Of a DNA stretch of 64,000 bases, positions 59,576-64,000 are shown piece after piece. The notes under the pieces were generated by a model. The model was not told the DNA's origin and ran no database searches. It saw only the letters and a list, made by a program, of their open reading frames with translations. This DNA is from Octopus bimaculoides. Taxonomy: Eukaryota. Both the position numbers and the translations under genes were made by a program. Position 1 is the stretch's first letter, and every line of letters starts with the position of its first letter. Location: positions 24,387,671-24,451,670 of the forward strand of contig NC_068984.1 in the NCBI RefSeq assembly GCF_001194135.2, given 5' to 3'.

Positions 59576-61859
59576 AAAATAATTCTACCTACTGGATCAT
59601 AACATACCATTGAAGTTATGGCAGTGGATTTGCTGAATTGTTAGAGATTCTCATAAAAATAAAAAAAACAGGGAAAATATTGGGATCAGGTAAGGTCAGT
59701 TTAAATGCTAAATAGTTAAGCTACTAATTTTTGAAACCTCTGAAACAAAACTTTCTTTTTATGAAAATTGATTAGGAAGATTTAAAAGAAATACTGATTT
59801 GGCCCATTACAAATTTTGTAAGCATAATATAAATGGAAAGAAATATGATGTGATTATATATATGAAATCAAAATTGCATATCTGTACCAGTCCTATGAAA
59901 ACAGTACCATTGCTTCAATATATTGAACCAAAATGTAGCAAAACTACTTGGCTTAAAGGGACCATTACCAAGTTTATGAGCTGCCATTTTTGCAAAGATG
60001 AATTTACAATAATTTACTCAATTTATGTAAAAATTATATTAAAAGTGAAATGACCTCCAAATTAAAAATGAATCAGTGTTTTCAGAACTGATAAAAAAAA
60101 AATATTCAGAAACATAATCAGTTTTCATTTTGAGTATGACTTTATTAATGACATAGGAGATGTAAACTTTAATGTATTACCGAATTGAACAATATCACTG
60201 TTGTGAAAATACATGGGTCAGCTATAATATATTTAAATAAAACATGTAACATAGTTATCTCTATATATCTTGGTCTAGTGGAATTAGATAAATGAAAGCA
60301 TTTTTAACAAAATAAATGATGATAACAAAATATATCGAGATTAATGATGAAGATAATGACAAACGTTATCAATAGATTCTTTTTTTTATTCCATTAAGAA
60401 GATTAAGTTGATTGCAACAGATCAAAACAGAACAAGAGACTTGACAGTACAACACAGGATAAAAATAAGAGCAGTTATAGCATAAAGTTTACATTCACAA
60501 AAATATGATGGAGTTGATAATAACACAAATGTTCATAAAAAAATTAATGAAATAATATTCCAAACAACAATATAAAATGATTTGTGTTTTGTCATAATTT
60601 ACAAGAATGTGCCAGGTGCCAGTATCTATAAATTAGTGCAAGAGAACATTTGTACAGTTCTCAGTTATGAGATGGCATGTGAGTGAGAGTGATCTTTTCA
60701 TATTGTGTGTCTCAGTATGTAACATGTCTGTATCAGAGAATGTCATTACAGCATCTAGCTGACCAACATGCCAGGAGAGTAATAAGTGTTCTATTCATAT
60801 TGTGTGATGACAGGATGTATGTAAGACAATGTCTTTTCCATTGCATGGTCCAGCACAGTGGCTTAGCTAGTCTATATATAGCCCAGAGAAGAGCTTCCGT
60901 TTGGTACTTCCCCACCCAGGCCCCCCGAGTCTATACAGGCTTATACAGCAGACCCAAAAGCGCCACCCTCATAAAAGCATTACCCAAAGTAAACTGCACC
61001 CTTGTCTTCTTCCAGCTATACTGGGAAGCACTACGATAATCTTTGATTATCCTTTAAAAAAACCCACAGCTTTTTATCTGATACAGTCAGTTCAAAAACA
61101 AACAGTCTGCAAAAATGATGTGTTAAAAGGAGATAGATTGATTGACTTCAAACAGCCAATTATATAACATTTCTAGGTCTTCACTATTACATTCATACAA
61201 ACATGACAATACGGCCAGTAACACTCAATATTGTCAGTAAGCCACCATGCCAACAAACCTGCTTGAAGATTTTGTGCAAAATCTGTCAAAATAGACATCA
61301 AATTATATAAGGAAAAGACCATCACTGATTGTGTGGCATAAGTACCTGAGGAGTCTAGTGTAAGTTGTTGAAATGATCCTGTTAATGGAAAAGGCTACAC
61401 CACTACATTTTAAAATCTGGTTTAATTACAAAAAATACATATAAAGAAACTTGTAGTTATTAAACAGATAATGCTAGTGTCATGGCTGAGATTAACAGTG
61501 ATGTATATCAAAAGCTTAAATCCAAAATACTTTCTCCTAATTTAATTAGTTACCTATGTCAGTCACACCAGTTAGCAATGTCTACCAAAAATACTTGAAA
61601 TTTCTTATACAGCAGAAACACATAATTGGTTTTCTCTTTTGTCATTAAGACAGATGGCTTATAAAGACCTATAACAGACAATTAATGATGGAGAAAACCA
61701 TCAAAAGTTCATATAAACAGTGAAACTATGCAGTTACCTATTAAACTAGCTGTGGGAAGAATATCAACATATAACTTGAATTAAAACCTAATTTTGGAAA
61801 GTGTTATAATGCTGAAATCCTTTATAATATGTATTCAGATTAAAATAACTTGGCACATT

Positions 61860-62605
61860 TATCCAGCCTATTCTTGAAAATGGTGAAATGATTTTGTCAA
61901 CAGAGCAGGTTTTTTTATCCAGCTTATTCTTGAAAATGGTGAAATGATTTTGTCAACAGAGTTGGTTTATAAATCTGTAATACTCGGTTACAAAAAACTA
62001 ATCATAAACTTATTACATACACATCAGGTGGGTTGATGCCAATTGTTGGCTACCTGACTACTTGGTGTGTAGGCGAGACAAGAGGTAACTTTGAGATATG
62101 ATGATATTTGCCTGTATATCTCCCAAGCAAATACCTGTGTTTCCTTGAGATTCAAAGGTATTTGCATGGGAGGAAGTTGTTATACATCACCATTTAGGTG
62201 TGTGTTACTTGAAAGTGAAAAATAGGAAGAAAGCTCTTGGCAGATGAAATACCAACCATAGCTGAAGATGTGGGTATTGAAAGAGTTGATTGTGAGGGAG
62301 GCTCTGTGAGAGAAACTGTGTATGGTTGAGGATGGTATGGTTGAAACTGATTGGAAGCCACTGAAAGGTAGTTTGTTAGAAGCTACTGGTGATGCACAAA
62401 TGAAGATAAATTACAAAGACAATTAGAAATGAGGTTATTGAATAATGAAAGTGGAGAGAGAATAGATGAGAAAAGGAAGAGGTTCAGAGAATGGCTGAGA
62501 GTGAGGAGTATGGTAACCAAAGAAGCAGAACATGGAAGATACAAAGCAGCCAAGAGGCACATACAAAAACATTTAGAGATTGTATGGATTCAGAGGAGAA
62601 TAGGA
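61860..62605 (+). mobile_element. RTE LINE fragment (APE C-terminus and linker)
   Basis: ENGEMIL, CNT..K..KLITYTSGG, DSKVFAWEEVVIHHHL, TDWKPLKGSLLEAT, IDEKRKRFREW, YKAAKR; 48-bp tandem duplication at 61858-61961. Confidence 0.75.
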
Positions 62606-62613
62606 GTGTTTAA

Positions 62614-62891
62614 CCCTTTTGTTACCATATTTCTGTTGAAATACACTGCCTTAGTTTCAATTGATTTTGAAAATAACAAAGAATTTATTAAAATAATTTT
62701 ATCATTATTAACCTGTTCGTCCAACCCATGCTAGCATGGAAAGCGGATGTTAAACGATAATGATGAACCTGGTGTTTGGTACATAAATTAACAAGGAATT
62801 TTGATGGAAGGTTTTAATTTAGTTTACTTTAAAGCAGGAAATGTGTATCATAGAACCAGGGGAAGTTTCAGGCAGCTTGGTATCCGAAGGG
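62614..62891. mobile_element. piggyBac-like MITE (second family) carrying a 50-bp retro-insertion
   Basis: TTAA-CCCTTTTGTTACC...GGTATCCGAAGGG-TTAA (10/13 TIR match); insert 62716-62765 flanked by AACCTG TSD. Confidence 0.85.
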
Positions 62892-62929
62892 TTAAGACTG
62901 CAAAGCAATTAGCTGAAGAGAGATGTGAT

Positions 62930-63330
62930 GTGACAGTAATGGCGTACAGCTGAGTACTCCATCACTAACAAATGCACTCCATCCTCTGTTCATAAAGAAC
63001 TGTTTTAACTGACTTTTCCACCACTTTTGAAAAGAATGGCCTCTGCTCCTCGAAGCACACTAGTCTTGTGTCTCCACCACTCAGGCAACTCCATCCCACT
63101 CACCTCTACACTTTTTGTCAACCTTAATGCATCCAAACACCCTTTTCTTGCCCCAATCCCTATGCCCAATCCTTCATTCCTAGAACATCATCGCTCTGGA
63201 ATTTCCTCCCTGCTTATGTCTTTCCTGCAAGTGTTGACCTGCAACAGTTTAAACAGAACATTAACAGTATTAATTTTACCAGTTTCATGAGTGCTGCCCT
63301 TCCCTCCTAACTTAGCAAGTGAAAAAAAGG
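62930..63330 (+). mobile_element. L2/CR1-group LINE 3' fragment
   Basis: SFIPRTSSLWNFLPAYVFPASVDLQQFKQNIN. Confidence 0.8.
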
Positions 63331-63349
63331 AGATTTCACCAGAAGTGTC

Positions 63350-63650
63350 TAAGGTGTAGGTTAAACATCAGTTGAAAATCTTTTACACCTGAACACAGAA
63401 GTGCAGGAAAAAGCAGGTTGTCTCAGTGTGGAAGCTCACCTCATTAAGTACCATTTGTGATGGGTTGGTCATGTTATTAAGCTTTTGATTTCAGGCTTCC
63501 AAAGTGATTATTTTATGGCAAAGTAGTTCTATGTAAGCATCTAGAATGAGATTTTGTAATGCTACAATATACAATCTTAAATCGTTGAACATTTTCACTG
63601 TACATAGGGAACATGTTGCACTGAAAAGAAATAAATGGCAGCCTGTAATA
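63350..63650 (+). mobile_element. RTE-BovB-type LINE C-terminal fragment
   Basis: NTEVQEKAGCLSVEAHLIKYHL*WVGHV and FRLPK*LFYG (cf. QLRWxGHV, RLPKxxxYGEL). Confidence 0.75.
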
Positions 63651-64000
63651 CTATAACTAGCAGTTTTCAGAAAATCCTGCTTTCCCATTAAATATTGAAA
63701 TGTAATATCAGAAAACTGCAGGATATCAAAGTTCTGCATGATAGAAAGTCAAGAGATAATCTCACCTGGTTGCATTACACTTTCAAAAAATGGACATGTC
63801 ATCCATGAAAGGTTACATATCAGGGGACCAGCAGAAGATGATTATATGTGTACAGTTATAACCACACTAATGGAACACAGCAGTCCCTTTTGTCTAAGTG
63901 ATGCTCATCTACTGATGAGCTGAAAATGCATTTTGGACAAATGCACAAGGGCAGAGCAGGACTACTGTTAGAGTGATATGTTGACCAAATTATTCACTAA

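Noticed and set aside
60901-61167. ORF with PPSLYRLIQQTQK as a PLE RT relic
   Set aside because: The similarity to YxLPKxHK is too weak, with no supporting motifs.
63912-63930. CTGATGA-gct-GAAA
   Set aside because: There is no room for helix II.
63770-64000. Possible further RTE RT relic (ENAF cf. EKAFD)
   Set aside because: Too degraded to support a call.

Overview
AT-rich, repeat-saturated animal genomic DNA from a short-read assembly; nine N-gaps, mostly beside microsatellites. From recall, the SINE repertoire matches Octopus (inference, not a database result). I recognise no host protein-coding gene, and most supplied ORFs are microsatellite, gap or antisense artefacts. The window holds: about 50 copies or fragments of several tRNA-derived SINE families (my labels A, B, C, D, K) plus an unclassified repeat E; a full-length but disabled D,D34D mariner (43281-44542); mariner and Tc1 fragments; hAT, Tc1, pogo and piggyBac-like MITEs with TIRs and TSDs; RTE, L2/CR1-group and CRE-like LINE relics; and Penelope-like element (PLE) remnants. 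The most interesting signal is a set of five different decayed minimal hammerhead-ribozyme (HHR) motifs. One follows a tRNA-like Pol III promoter cassette at the 3' end of a PLE whose insertion looks twin-primed (18930-20226). Another forms a fold-back with an inferred CCGACGA core around a spacer that resembles nearby DNA (53263-53535). There is weak evidence for a spliced minus-strand transcript. Boundaries of decayed repeats are approximate (about 10-20 bp).
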